Positions 1 through 12,979 of a DNA stretch of 64,000 bases are shown here, in pieces. The position numbers were made by a program, and so were the translations under genes. Numbering within the stretch: the stretch's first letter is position 1; the number at the start of each line of letters is the position of its first letter. Under the pieces are notes generated by a model. That model did no database searches and was not told the DNA's origin. It saw only the letters and a program-made list of their open reading frames with translations. The DNA is from Octopus vulgaris (Eukaryota). Location: assembly GCA_951406725.2 (NCBI GenBank), contig OX597828.1:27094001-27158000 (forward strand), given 5' to 3'.

Positions 1-17
1 TCCCCCTTCTCCTCCTC

Positions 18-245
18 ATTTCTCTGCTGTTACATTATGAGTCTATTACTCAGTCGTCCATTTAGAACTATCTTCCTCTCCTCTTCCTCCTCTCTCTTTT
101 TGTCTATTTCTGACTATTCCCTTTTCTCTCTCTCTCTCTCTCTCCCCCTGTTAACATCTTACTCTATCCTCCTCCTCCTCTTCCTCCCTCTTATTTCTCT
201 GCTGTTACATTATGAGTCTATTACTTAGTCGTCCATTCAGAACTA
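18..245 (+). repeat. Local direct duplication of ~53 bp (18-70 and 193-245)
   Basis: atttctctgctgttacattatgagtctattact(c/t)agtcgtccatt(t/c)agaacta occurs twice, separated by CT-rich sequence. Confidence 0.85.
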
Positions 246-769
246 ACTTCCTGTAACTTCCCAATCAGCTTAAGAGTTAAACCAAGGATTTCTTTTGATT
301 TCTTCTGGCAGATAGATCTGGCTGCGATCTATTTGATCAGCCATAATCTAGTTTAGAATCAACGAAAATAAGGAGGAGAGGAACCAGAGAAGAGGATGAC
401 AAAGAAGAGGAGAGAAAGGAAACAGGTCGGGTGGTGGAGAAGGATGGTTCTTACTGGGACCTAACAGAATTTCCATGTGCAAGGGTTTCGTAGGGTAACT
501 CTTGTCACAGTAATTTGAATTATGGGGGGGGGGGGGGGGTGATGGTCAACTGGAACATTTTTTCCTGTGTCCACAATTGGTTACTTTGCTTTTCGATCTG
601 TCTCATGCTTTCCTTCTTTCTCTCCTTGCCTCCCTCTTTCTCTCTTCTGTTGCTCTCTCTCTCTCCCTCTCATAGATTTTTTTCTCTTCACCCTTACTTG
701 AAAACTTTATCAAGTTCTCTCTGTGTCCCATATATATATATATATATATAAATATATATAATAATAATA

Positions 770-1000
770 AATATTAGGGAATAAATCCAAATTTACAAGG
801 AAAAATCAGATTTAAGATTGAATCCAATTTTATAGTAAAATATTATATTATATCAAATTAGAGACAAAACCACTATTTTGCATATCAAACAAAGAAAGAC
901 TTAAGCCAATACATAAAATAATTTATATAAATTATTTTATGTATTGGCTTAAGTCTTTCTTTGTTTGATTTGCATAATAGTGGTTTTGTCTCTAATTTGG

Positions 1001-1008
<8 letters not shown>
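770..1008. repeat. Repeat-family end folded back into a 164-bp loopless palindrome (845-1008)
   Basis: Axis at 926/927 (atttat|ataaat), arms 845-926 and 927-1008 with about 3 mismatches; 770-915 matches the reverse complement of 22985-23135; flanked by (TA)n. Confidence 0.85.
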
Positions 1009-1042
<34 letters not shown>

Positions 1043-1089
1043 ATATATACACACACATATATATATATACACATATATATACATACATA

Positions 1090-1312
1090 CAGTAATCCCT
1101 TGACTATCTCGGGTGTTACTTCTAACCCCCAACCCCCCTGTGATAGGTGAAAATCCGTGAAATAGAAGCAGTACTGTATGTTTTTTTAAAATTCATTTTT
1201 ATAATTTGTACATATTTATTTTATTATAAATGCAAAACAACAGAAGAGGAATCGATGTAAGCTTAAGTAATAAACTGCAATAGGTGATCCACAATATGGC
1301 AAGGGATTACTA
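1090..1312. mobile_element. Tigger/pogo-like MITE
   Basis: TIRs cagtaatcccttg ... caagggattact(a) in TA context; resembles CAGT-starting Tigger/MER2-type TIRs. Confidence 0.7.
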
Positions 1313-1336
1313 TATATATATATATATATATATATA

Positions 1337-1446
1337 TTGAGAGGGAGGGAGTAAAATATTACACAGTAACACAGCAAACGAACACATGGTAAAAACACGT
1401 ATAAGACAGGATCTACCCTCATCAGTTATTGTGCCATTATTGGGAC
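1337..1446 (-). mobile_element. Truncated retroelement tail in (TA)n carrying an orphan CTGATGA
   Basis: Minus strand cacaataa-CTGATGA-gggt at 1419-1425, embedded between TA runs like the other Penelope-like tails. Confidence 0.35.
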
Positions 1447-1480
1447 ATATATATATATATATATATATATATGGATGGAA

Positions 1481-1856
1481 GCACTCCGTCGGTTACGACG
1501 ACGAGGGTTCCGGTTGATCCGATCAACGGAACAGCCTGCTCGTGAAATTAACGTGTAAGTGGCTGAGCACTCCACAGACACGTGTACCCTTAACGTAGTT
1601 CTCGGGGATATTCAGCGTGACACAGAGAGTGACAAGGCCGGCCCCTTGAAATACAGGTACAACAGAAACAGGAAGTAAGAGTGAGAGAAAGTTGTGGTGA
1701 AAGAGTACAGCAGGGAACACCACCATCCCTGCCGGAGCCTCGTGGAGCTTTAGGTGTTTTCGCTCAATAAACACTCACAATGCCCGGTCTGGGAATCAAA
1801 ACCGCGATCCTATGACCGCGAGTCTGCTGCCCTAACCACTAGGCCATTGCGCCTCC
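1481..1856 (-). mobile_element. tRNA-derived SINE family A (octopus OR-like), full length
   Basis: Head ggaggcgcaatggcctagtggttagggc (A box), B box gtttgattccc; colinear with 33213-33588. Confidence 0.9.
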
Positions 1857-1871
1857 ATATACATATATACT

Positions 1872-2129
1872 GTGCTGGTGTCAAATAAAAAGCACCTTTC
1901 AAACGCGGTCGATGCTGGTGCCGTATGACTGGCTCTCGCGCCGGTGGCACGAAAAAAGCACCCACTACACTCTCGGAATGGTTGGCGTTAGGAAGGGCAA
2001 CCAGCTGTAGAAACCTTGCCGGATCAGATTGGAGCCTGGTGCAGCCTACTGGCTTGCCCGTCCCTAATCAAACCGTCTAGCTCATGCCAGGATGGAAGAT
2101 GGACATTAAATGATGATGATGATGATGAT
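1872..2129 (+). mobile_element. Retroposon family B, 3' part with (GAT)n tail
   Basis: ggttggcgttaggaagggc...gcctggtgcagcc...ggacattaaatgatgatgat; many copies in the window. Confidence 0.8.
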
Positions 2130-2136
2130 ATATGTA

Positions 2137-2445
2137 GAGGCACATTGCCTAGTGGTTAGAGCAGCAGACTCATAGTCGAGGAATTGTGGTTTCGTATTTC
2201 AGACTGAGCGATGTCTGTGTTTATGAGCGAACACCTAAAACTCCACATGACTCTGGCAGAAGGTAATGACAAACTTCTATTGATACTTTCACCACAACTT
2301 TCTCTCACTCTTTCCTCCTGTATCTAGCATCTCACCTGAGACGGACCAGCGTCCCATCCAGGTGGGGAACCTATATGCCAATGAAACTTGGAAACCAGCC
2401 CTTATGAGCCAGGCATGGCTCGAGAAGGAACAAACAACAACAACA
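2137..2445 (+). mobile_element. SINE with family-A head and a different 3' tail
   Basis: tRNA-like head and body as family A, then ...ggctcgagaaggaacaaacaacaac tail. Confidence 0.75.
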
Positions 2446-2929
2446 TGTGTGTGTGTGTGTGTGTGTGTGTGATCACCAAGATGCTAATATCCAGTTTTCC
2501 AAGCTTGCATGGGTCAGACAATTCATTGTAGGAGATTGTCTATGGCCAGATACCCTTCCTTTAGCCAACCTTTATTTGTTTTCAGTCATGCTTCCATGGA
2601 AGATTGGAAATAAAGGAATATGCTGCTATGCTAATAACACTCATTTATGACCATCGTGTGTCGTCAAGCCAAGGAGTTACAAACACACACACACACTCAC
2701 ACACACAAACACATGATCATCTAGCAACCCATGTACTTTACACCTGACTATTCATTCCTTCCTCCTTTTCCTCTTTCCTGAACTTTCCTCAACTATCCAA
2801 CAATGAGCCATTACTCAAAACATTGTGTTTTTACTTTTTTGATCACAGTGTAACATCCATGTGACTTTTGTTGTTTCTGTTTTTTGATCGCGAATACAGC
2901 ATTTCTCACTGATAAGCCTACATATTTAA

Positions 2930-3150
2930 CCCTTTCGTTACTGTATTTATTTAGAGACGTTCCGTGTTTCTTTCAATTACTTTAAATATAACAAAGAATT
3001 TAGTAAAATAACTTAGTTATCGTTAAGCTAGTGTTAGGAACATAAATTGTGACTAAGGTTTGGTGGAAGATTTTAATTGAAACCTTAAGCAAACAAGACA
3101 TTTGTACAACAGAGCCAGAGCCGGTTTCAGCCGGGTTGGTAACAAAAGGG
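2930..3150 (+). mobile_element. TTAA-flanked MITE (piggyBac-type)
   Basis: TTAA|ccctttcgttac ... gtaacaaaaggg|TTAA; same family at 32578 and 34658. Confidence 0.9.
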
Positions 3151-3626
3151 TTAACATGCTTTGGTTTCTATCTATCAAATCCACTTAGTTGGTCTTAGGT
3201 TGGTCAGGAATCATAATGGCATGCATTGGCCCAGGTTGCCCTGCAGTCCAGACTAAACCTGACACCACATGTTTGGTTAGCAGACTTAGTCACCATACAG
3301 TCATCCTGCAATATCTATTCTGCTGTTGCGGTGTTTGTAGCATAAATTTCAGAAGAATAATCAGTGATTTAATTGTAAAACTTTTTTGTTGTTGTTATTG
3401 ATGATGATGATGATAAAGAATGTGAAGGTGTATGTGTATGCACACTTTAACTCATTGTTGTTTTTGTAAATTCTCAGAAAATAATTAAAAATTCACATTT
3501 TTTATCAAATTTATGCCTCTATCTGTATAATCTCTCACTCTCTCTTTCTCGTGCTCTCACTCTCTCTCAAACACACACACACACACACATATATAATGTG
3601 TATAAAAGTATTTCTGTGTGTGTGTA

Positions 3627-3677
<51 letters not shown>

Positions 3678-3739
3678 GTATGCACGTGTAAAGCATATAT
3701 GCATATATGTTTGTGTGTATGCATATGTGTAAGTATACG

Positions 3740-3776
<37 letters not shown>

Positions 3777-3904
3777 ATGTATATATATATATATGTATGC
3801 ACGTGTAAATCGTATATGCATATATGTTTGTGTGTATGCATATGTGTAAGTATACGTATAGATATGTGTGTGTGTTTGTGTGTGTATGTATATATATATA
3901 TATT

Positions 3905-3947
<43 letters not shown>

Positions 3948-4188
3948 TTGAATTGTTGAGAGGCCATGTGTACAATGTGTATTGATACTTGTACATGTGG
4001 ATGCATATTTCTGTGTGTGTGTGTGTGTGTGGTTGATTGTATGTGTGTATGTATGTATGTACACACACTTATTGCTGGCAGTTGTTCTGGGAGTTTGTAG
4101 ATATTTCCAGAATGTGTTGCATGCATTCTTCTGTGACCCCAGAGGTCAAAGAACCTTCACATTATTGCCCTGTGATCTGCTGATTTAC

Positions 4189-4277
4189 CCCCTTCAGGGA
4201 GTCAACCGATTTTGCTAATCGGTTCCACATTGTCTTACTCGTTAGTCCCTTAATGAGAGAATTTCTTTCTTTCTCGG
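4189..4277 (-). CDS. Candidate coding exon (A)EKERNSLIKGLTSKTMWNRLAKSVDSLKG, product unknown
   Basis: Unique island; pyrimidine tract + AAG acceptor, GTAAAT donor, open protein-like frame; a competing + strand exon (4198-4240) is also possible. Confidence 0.3.
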
Positions 4278-4948
4278 CTTTGGAACCACAGAAATAAAGA
4301 AGGAAATAAATATTTTTAAAAAAATAAGTAAAAAGAAGAGTATTTAGTAAGATGGTAAAAATAAAACTAGGAAGCAACGTAGAAAATTTTTTTTTTTTAA
4401 TAAATGATAAAATTCATATCTTGCACACACGTATCCACAAACACACGCATACACATGCACATACACATATATATATATATATATACACACACGCATACAC
4501 ACACTTGCTCATTACATTGTTTGTCTTTAGAGTCTTTCTTTCATTCACTCATTATTTCTTTGTTTTTTTGTTTTTTTATGTCCAACTTATTTTCATTCAA
4601 ACTCTGGCTTCTCCCTGGAAATGAAATAAAACAAAACAAAACAAAATGGAAACTAGATGAAACTCAAGATGATGATGATGATGATGGTGATGATTTTGTT
4701 CATGATGATGATGATGATGATGATGATACTTACATGTTAATATTTCTCCTTGCTTTGTCTTTGTTTTCTTTCTTTGCCTTCTCGCTTTCTTAACTTCCCT
4801 TTGAGAATAAAAATACACAAAAGAAATTCGTAAAAATGGTTTATTATTAAGAATATTCTCAGGAAAAAAAAAATTATCCCATCGGCCTCTTATATCTGAA
4901 AATCTGTGCATCTCTCCCCTTTCCCTCTCTCTCTCTCTCTCTCTTTCC

Positions 4949-4990
<42 letters not shown>

Positions 4991-5389
4991 ATCTATTTTT
5001 CTATCTCTCTGTCTGTCTATCCATCTATCTGTCTATATGTGTGTATATATTGTGCATTCCTTGATTTAACTAAGCATTACAAAAGTTCTCTTGAATGTTT
5101 CTTAGCATTGTAGTTCTTGTTTTTGAGTAGTCTTAGACATCCATTCTCCTTCCACTTGAGTTAAAGAACTGCAGCACAGAGGCATTCCGCTCATGAATCA
5201 TTTACTCAGAGTTCTAATTACAATTATGGAATTGGTGTGAGCATTCTGATACAAGGTTCTCTGGATTGAGAAATTGTTTCTTCCACATTTTAATGGTAAG
5301 CAGCTTTGATTAATGAAGATTAAGATCTGAAAGAAATACCCCTAAACATTTCCTCTGACATGTTAACAATTCTGCTGGTTTGCCGCCTT

Positions 5390-5993
5390 CATAATAATAA
5401 TCCTTTCTACTAAAGGCACAAAGTCTGAAATTTGTGGGGCGGGAACTTGTTGATTACATCAACCCCAGAGCTTCACTGGTACTTAGTTTATCGACCCTGA
5501 AAGGATGAAAGATAAAGTCAGCCTCAGCAGAATTTGAACTCAGAATGTAACAGCAGGCTACATGCCGCTCAGCATTTTGTCTGGCATGCTTAATGATTCT
5601 GCCAGTTCGCTGGCCTTCTTGTTAATGATAATAATAATAATAACTCTTTCTACTATTAATAGGAGGCTAACAATGTAGGGGAGGGGTGGGGGCTGGTCAA
5701 TTACATTGACCTCAGTGTTCTACTGGTACTTATTTTATTGATCCTAAATGTGTGAAAGCAAAGTCATCATTGGTGCTGGGTATTTTGCCCCACATGATAA
5801 TAATAATAATGATAATAATAACAACTATAATGGTTTCAAATTTTGCCACAAGGGTAGCAATTTTGGGGGGAGGGGATGAGTTGATTACATCGACCCCAGT
5901 GTTCAGCTGGTACTTATTTTATCAACCCCAAAAGGACAAAAGGCTAAGTCAACCGCAGCAGAATTTGAACTCAGAATGTAGCAATGGTCAAAA

Positions 5994-6056
<63 letters not shown>

Positions 6057-6276
6057 GTAATTCTTTCTACTCTAGGCACAAGGTCTGAAATTTTGGAGGA
6101 CGGGGCCAGGTGATTTTATTGACCCCAGTACTCCACTGGTACTTAATTTATCGACCCCGAAAGGATGAAGGGCAAAGCCGACCTCGGTGGAATTTGAACT
6201 CGGAACATTTAGGCGGGTGAAATGCAGCTAAGCATTTCTCCAGGTGTGCTAACGATTCTACCATTTCACTGTCTTC

Positions 6277-6319
<43 letters not shown>

Positions 6320-6520
6320 GTTTTTGATTTTGGCACCAGACTAACAATTTTGGTGGGAAAGATTTGGAGGTTACCATCACCTCGAGTATTTTACTGGTAT
6401 TGTATTTTATTGGCCCTAGAGAGATGAAAGGTAAAGTTGACATCAGGATTTGAACTCAGAACCTAAAAAAGTTAGGAAAAAGACAAGGCATTTTCTCTGA
6501 TCCTTGAATGATTCTGTGCC
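5390..6520 (-). mobile_element. Stack of ~5 family-D SINE copies separated by (AAT)n
   Basis: Repeated gagttcaaattc...gactttgcctttcatcctttcggggtcgataaa..aagtaccagt (Nin/Deu-like domain) on the minus strand. Confidence 0.85.
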
Positions 6521-6565
6521 AATAATCACCGTGCGGCACCAACTCATTTACAGTTCCAGCTTTGA

Positions 6566-6908
6566 TGGAGCACCACCTTTAGTCGAGCAAATCAACCCCG
6601 GGACTTATTCTTCGTAAGCCCAGTACTTATTCTATCGGTCTCTTTTCCCGAACCGCTAAGTGACGGGGACATATACACACCAGCATCGGTTGTCAAGCAA
6701 TGCTAGGGGTCAAACACAGACACACACATACATAAATATACATATATACGACAGGCTTCTTTCAGTTTCCGTCTACCAAATCCACTCACAAGGTATTGGT
6801 CGGCCCGGGGCTATAGCAGAAGACACTTGCTCAAGATGACACACAGTGGGACTGAACCCGGAACCATGTGGTTGGTTAGCAAGCTACTTACCACACAGCC
6901 ACTCCTGT
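6566..6908 (-). mobile_element. SINE family C
   Basis: Head caggagtggctgtgtggtaagtagcttgc, internal (TA)n, tail ending ggtggtgctcca. Confidence 0.9.
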
Positions 6909-7189
6909 CTATGGCTTTGTTGGATTTGCATGGAGCATAGCTGGACTAGATTCTGTAAACAGGAATATGAGAAATCATCACCATCCTCATCCTTTAAAGT
7001 CCATTTTGCATTCCTACATCGGTTTGATAGTTAAGAAGGTGGCAAAAATCCAGAGGACTGTGTCAGGCCTCAAGCTCTGCTTTGGCATGATGTCTACAGC
7101 TGGATGCTCTTGCTATTATCAGCCACTTTATAGGATTGTACTGGATGATTTTTACATGGCACCAGCTTGTAAAAAAGAAAGAAAAAAGA

Positions 7190-7560
7190 AAGTACGTGCT
7201 ACGCAGTCTGACATCGAAACAGCTGTAAATCTCATGAAGATCCTGTGCTAGGGGATTGCCGAGTGTCGAGGGAACAATGAAAAAAAATTGTGGCTAATGT
7301 TAGCCTTAATTGTTTCGACCCATGTTAATCCAGTTGAGGTACATGTTGCTATTGGTTATGAGGGATTGGAAAAGAAAGAGATACTAAACTACCAGTTACA
7401 AATTGATAATATAACCAGCAAGAAAATTCTTGCAACAAAATCTTGCCAGAGACTTTAAGAAGTTAACATCTGGTTCTAAAACAGCCTGTTTTCTGTTGAA
7501 TGTCTCAATATCCTTTGGGTCATGGGGATCTTTTAGCATTGTCAAAGATGTAATGACTTT
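7190..7560 (+). pseudogene. Possible decayed DNA-transposon (hAT-like) coding fragment
   Basis: QSDIETAVNLMK resembles a helix of hAT transposases; frameshifts and stops follow; weak. Confidence 0.25.
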
Positions 7561-7934
7561 CCTAGTGCTGATGCCATGAGAAAGAGTACCCACAAGCCTC
7601 TATAACAAGTCAGTGTGGGGAAGGGCTTTCTGCTCTTGGTAGAAACCAATTCATAAACGATACTCCTGAGTAAGATGTGGTTCTTACATCTCATCAAGGG
7701 GAGCAGAAATGATCCCCTGCACCATTTAATCAGTACCAACATGGAAAGCCAACATGTTGGTATAGATTACAACATAATGATGATGATAATCCTTGTTAAA
7801 CCATTCAACACTTCAGAGCATTTTCTCCAAGATGTAACTAATCTCTTGCTTCAAGAAGGGAACCTCTTTAAGTATTTCTGAAACTATGAGCAATAACAGC
7901 AACAACACCATCAATAAAAACAACAACAACAGCA

Positions 7935-8470
7935 ATAATAATGGTTTCGAATTTCGGCACAAGGCCAGCAATTTCGTGGGAGGGGATAAGTTGACTATAT
8001 CAACCTCAGTGCTCAACTGATATTTATTTTATCAACCCTTGAAAGGGTAACAAAAACAAAGTAAACCTTGTCAGGATTTGAACTCACAACTTAAAAGTAG
8101 ACAAAATGCTTAGCAGCATTTTGCCCCAATGTGCTGCCAATTCTGAGGCACAATGCCTAAAATTTTGTGAGGAGGTGGGATGACTTGTTGATTACATTGA
8201 TCCCCTCCCCCAGTACACAACTGGTACTTATTTCATCAACCCTGAAAGGATGAAAGGCAAAGTCGACTTTGGTAGCGTTTGAACTCAGAACTTAAGAACA
8301 GACAAAATGCTGCCATGGAAGGGGTAAGTAAATTATACCAGATCAAGTGCTCAACTGGTACTTATTTTATTGACCTTGATGGAATTTGAACTCAGAATGC
8401 CAAACTGGAATAAATGCTGTTGGGCATTTTTCTCCAATATGTTAGCAATTCTGCCAGCTCATTGCCCTAA
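7935..8470 (-). mobile_element. Stack of ~3 decayed family-D SINEs
   Basis: Repeated ggtacttattt..atcaaccc.gaaaggatgaaaggcaaagtcgac..tttgaactcag on the + strand. Confidence 0.8.
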
Positions 8471-9099
8471 TAATAATAATACTACTACTACTAATAATAA
8501 TAATAAAGCAAGGAAAATTCTAAGAGAAACTGTTGTATAAGGCAAAGTATATAAGAAAGAAGAATGATGCAAAAGCTGAGCTGGTTTCTGAGTTCTTGGG
8601 GGAGAATGATGGGTAGATGGCGACTGGATGGATGAGCAGGGGTAGGGTGGCTTTGGAGGAAAGAACTGATAGGAGACAAGACAGCTATAAGTAAACAACA
8701 TTATAAAGAGGGACACAGAAAAGGAAACAAACAAAACAGACATACAAACAAACAAACAAACAAAAAGAGAACCCCCCCCTCCATTACCACCACCACCACC
8801 ACCACCACCACCACTTCAAGACTTGACTATCTGCCAAGAAGTGGTTGCAAGTGTTCTAAAAAATACACATAGAAATAAAAATATAAAAGGTATTGGCTAA
8901 AAATACCCTCATTTTCTACTATATCTAGCAATTCAACCGATTAAAGATGAATGATGGAGGTGTTGGGTGGGTAGGTGGGCGGGTGGTGAAAAAGTTGGTT
9001 TGGTGGTGGTGGTGGTGGTGGTGGAGGAGGAGGAAGAAGAGGAGTAAATATCAGCAATTTTCAAACACTTCCAGAACATTCACCATAAACTCTCTCTCT

Positions 9100-9355
9100 T
9101 GATTTGTCACTTTCACTCTCTTCCCCCTCTCCCCCCTCTCTCTCTGTTTCACACACACACTCACATACACACAGGCATACACACAAACATTCAGTCTCTA
9201 AAATCCTTTTCTTTCTCTCTCTCTCTCTCTCTCTATCAATTTCTCACACGTTCTCTTTCTCGCTGTCCCTCTCTTCATCCTTGTCGCTCTCACTCTCTTC
9301 CCCATCTCCCCCCTCTCTCTGTTTCACACACACAAACATTCAGTCTCTAAAATCC

Positions 9356-9425
<70 letters not shown>

Positions 9426-9490
9426 CTCACATTCTCTTTCTCGCTGTCCCTCACTTTATCCTTGTTACTCTTACTCTCTCTCTTTCAATA
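9100..9490 (+). repeat. Tandem duplication of a ~180-bp CT/CA-rich unit
   Basis: aaacattcagtctctaaaatccttttc and caatttctcaca...tctttctcgctgtccctc each occur twice. Confidence 0.8.
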
Positions 9491-9590
9491 TTTCTCTCAC
9501 TCTTTGATGCCCTCTTTTTATCAAACTCATTTTCTGACTTTCTCTCTCTTTCTTCTCCTTTCTCATAAATGCCCTATCTCTGTCCCATCC

Positions 9591-9630
<40 letters not shown>

Positions 9631-9880
9631 TACTCCCACTCTCTGTTTTTCTTTGTCTTTTTCATTCATTTTCATTTTCTCTCTTTTAAGTACTCTCTCT
9701 CTCTCTTCAATGTACTTCCTCTTTATCAGCATCACCCATTTTCTTCCACTCTCTCTCTCTCCCTCCTCTCTCTCTTTCTATCATGCACACACTCTCATCC
9801 TCTCTCCATTCCTCTTGACTGTAGTACCATAATGATATATCCATAGATATTAAATTTGTTTGTGAGCTAAACTTTCTGTG

Positions 9881-9938
<58 letters not shown>

Positions 9939-10634
9939 TGGGGTGGGGTGCAGATGATTATATTTGTTTATTATAATATTTAACTCCACTGAAGTTTTTT
10001 CTTTCTGTAAATTGAAAAAAATAAATAAATATTTCTTCTTTGTCTTCCTAAATTGGAAAAAAATGATTTTGGTATGTATAGAATTGGTTTGTTTGTTTGT
10101 TTGATGTTATTGTTGTTGTTATTATTCCCTGTATTCTTTTTTTTTATGGTTGTTATTATTATTATTATAGGCATGAGGATGCTAAGAGCATTAGGATGCC
10201 CAAATTAATTCCATTTTATTTATAACTATATCCCATTACACTTTCATTTCAAAACCATGTTAGATCAATTTTTAAATTGTAATTCTCTTGGGCTTAAATA
10301 AAAATAAAAAAAAAGAAACTAATGTCTGAAAGACTGGGTCAGTTCCTTTGTATCAGTACTGATTTCTCTACAAATTTAAAGGTTTAAACCAGTGTAAGAA
10401 ATACAGATAGTGGAATTGGTACAGTGGTAGACAAGATGTCTTCTGAAAATATAGTTCTGTCTCTTTATATTCTTGAATCTCAAATCTCAAAACTGAGAGT
10501 GTCTTTGTCTTTCATCCTTCTAGTGTTTCAATAAGATATAGTACCATTGAAGTACTTGGTTTTATTTTAATCAACTTTTCTCTTCCTTAAAACTCTATGA
10601 CTTTTTCAAATACTTTTCAAATTCATCTGATGTT

Positions 10635-10938
10635 CATCATTTACATATAAACTCTAAAAAATTCACTCCATAATTGCCCACAGGCATATGGCATGGTGGT
10701 TAAGAGCACAGGCTACTAACCCCAAGATTCCAAGTTTGATTCCAGGCAGTGACCTGAATAATGATAATAATATCGAAAAATACCTTAGGAATGAGAACCC
10801 AGATTCAAAATTTCCCCAAGACACCTGATGAAGGCTGGAGGGTTTATCAGCCAAAAACAACAAACAAGATGAGAACAAATATCCGTCAAATGTAAATAAT
10901 GTACATAATTTTTCATCTCTTAAATATATAGAACTGTA
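10635..10938 (+). mobile_element. 5'-truncated Penelope-like 3' end with tRNA-like segment and decayed HHR; 12-bp TSD
   Basis: TSD tcatctgatgtt at 10623-10634 and 10939-10950; homologous to the 3' region of the GIY-YIG element at 46798-47822. Confidence 0.85.
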
Positions 10939-11315
10939 TCATCTGATGTTTCCTAGCTATGTAAGAGTCTGTGAAGCACTTGCATTAATTTTTCTAATCA
11001 ACAGTTCTCTCCCCTGGCAATGTGTGGCCTTGTGAAATAATTACTTTGATTTTTACTCGGCTGGTCTGTGTTTGGAAAAATTGTAATCAGGTGAAGTACT
11101 TTTATCAACAGCTGTCTCTCATAAAACATGTGACCTTGTATGAAGCATATATCAAATTTGATGGCATAAGAAATGCACAGGCATATTAGACAAACCGCAA
11201 TTTCAGCATTGTTAAGGCTTGTAACTTTGCACAACTTTGAATATATGACCTGGTGTGATTTTTGAGAGGATATTTGGTGGCAGGGAAGAAAGTGCATCTT
11301 ATTTCCCTTCAACTA

Positions 11316-11386
11316 TTTATCAACAGTGTTTGAGGCTATGCCTATGTTATCATTTATCAACAGTGTTTGAGGCTATGCCTATGTTA
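11316..11386 (+). repeat. Tandem duplication, 37-bp period
   Basis: tttatcaacagtgtttgaggctatgcctatgtta twice. Confidence 0.9.
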
Positions 11387-12229
11387 GAGGCCCATAATTG
11401 TTGTTGCTGTGGTTGTTATGAAACTGATGAAGTAGTAAAATAACAGAATACCAAAAGCCCTTTATTGATTGATTCCATCTTGTAAGGGTTTTTGATTGGA
11501 AATCAATCCTGCCGTCTCCTGCTGGTGCTTTTTCTCAGTCTTAGTAGACTGGACCAATGTGTTACTAATTGGTGTAACCATGTCTGTGAGTCTCAAAACT
11601 TTGCTTCAAAATTGTGTGGTTCCAGGCTTGATGCCATTGCACAATAACTCAAGCAAGTGTCTTCTACCATAATCTCTAGAAGACCACTGCTTTGCAAAAG
11701 GAATTTCGAAGATGGAAATTGTGCGAAAGTCTGTCGCATTTAGAAGTAGTAAAGTGTATATTCTATTAGAAATATGGTCTTAAAATGGTTAATTAGATAA
11801 TGAGGAATCACCATTTAGTTACGGATCATTGGATATGTGGGCATGGGTTCATTGCATTAAAAACAAAAAAACAAAACAATTCTCTTCAAGAATTCTTTGC
11901 AAGAATGTATTCCTTTACACTGAGTTACAAATAAATATTTCCTTGTTAATGTTGCTGTCAGAGAATATGGCGAACCAATGATTGGTCCTCTTGAAAATTG
12001 TGACCAATGATAGAATCATTAGCCAATTTGCAATATGAAATCAAATAAATATATTGGCCACAGACAGTCACTGTAGCAGTTTAACATTTTGGTCATGGAC
12101 ATCCCTTGATTTTTGGAAACAAAGTCAGAAAAAAAAGACTTTGGACAGAAAATACTTTCTTTAGGATATTTTGGATTTTTATAATACAGGGGTCTTTGTA
12201 CTGTATTATCCCCTTTTTCATTGAGATTA

Positions 12230-12375
12230 CTCTGTTAAATGTAATGCTTATTTATTCACATTGTTTTCAGTTAATCATGGATTATCTCATAGTGTCAAGA
12301 TTTTAATCATGTGGTTGCTTATTTTTTAGAATGACATTGTAGGATAAGTTTGAGAGGCCAGATCTGGCTAGATGT
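12230..12375 (+). mobile_element. Decayed MITE, second TTAA-type family
   Basis: ttaatcatg..ttatctc...gaatgacattgtagg...gagaggccagatctggc shared with 13657-13890 and 34030-34230. Confidence 0.6.
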
Positions 12376-12711
12376 AGACATCATTCAGCTAACTCTCATT
12401 CTAAAGAGGATTAATATTAATCCTGGTGTAATTGAAAATCAGCTGCAAAATGCATAACTTCAGGATTTCAGTTTATATTTGATGTTGGGGACTTGTTGAA
12501 AATGAAAAACTCAAGAATAAACCTATTTAAAAATAGAATACATATTTTCACTTCTCCTTTTTGACAGAAAAATTCTAATACTTTCATGCACACACACACA
12601 CATATATTTATTCAACTATGCAAAACTATAGTTCTAGAAATGTATAGAACTTAACATTCAACTCTAGTTTTACAGGTTTAAAGAATTATACTTAGAGTTG
12701 TACACTTCACT

Positions 12712-12979
12712 AGCACCTGTGCCGGTGGCACGTGTAAAAAGATTCAAACGAGGTCATTGCCAGTACCGCCTGACTGGCCCCCGTGCCGGTGGCCCGTAAA
12801 AAGCTCCCACTACACTCTCGCAGTGGTTGGCATTAGGAAGGGCATCCAGTTGTAGAAACTCTGCCAGATCAAGATTGGAGCCTGGTGCAGCCATCTCGCT
12901 CGCCAGCCCTCAGTCAAAATCATCCAACCCATGCTAGCATGGAAAGCGGATGTTAAATGATGATGATGGTGATGATGAT
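12712..12979 (+). mobile_element. Retroposon family B
   Basis: Same body and (GAT)n tail as 1872-2129. Confidence 0.85.
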
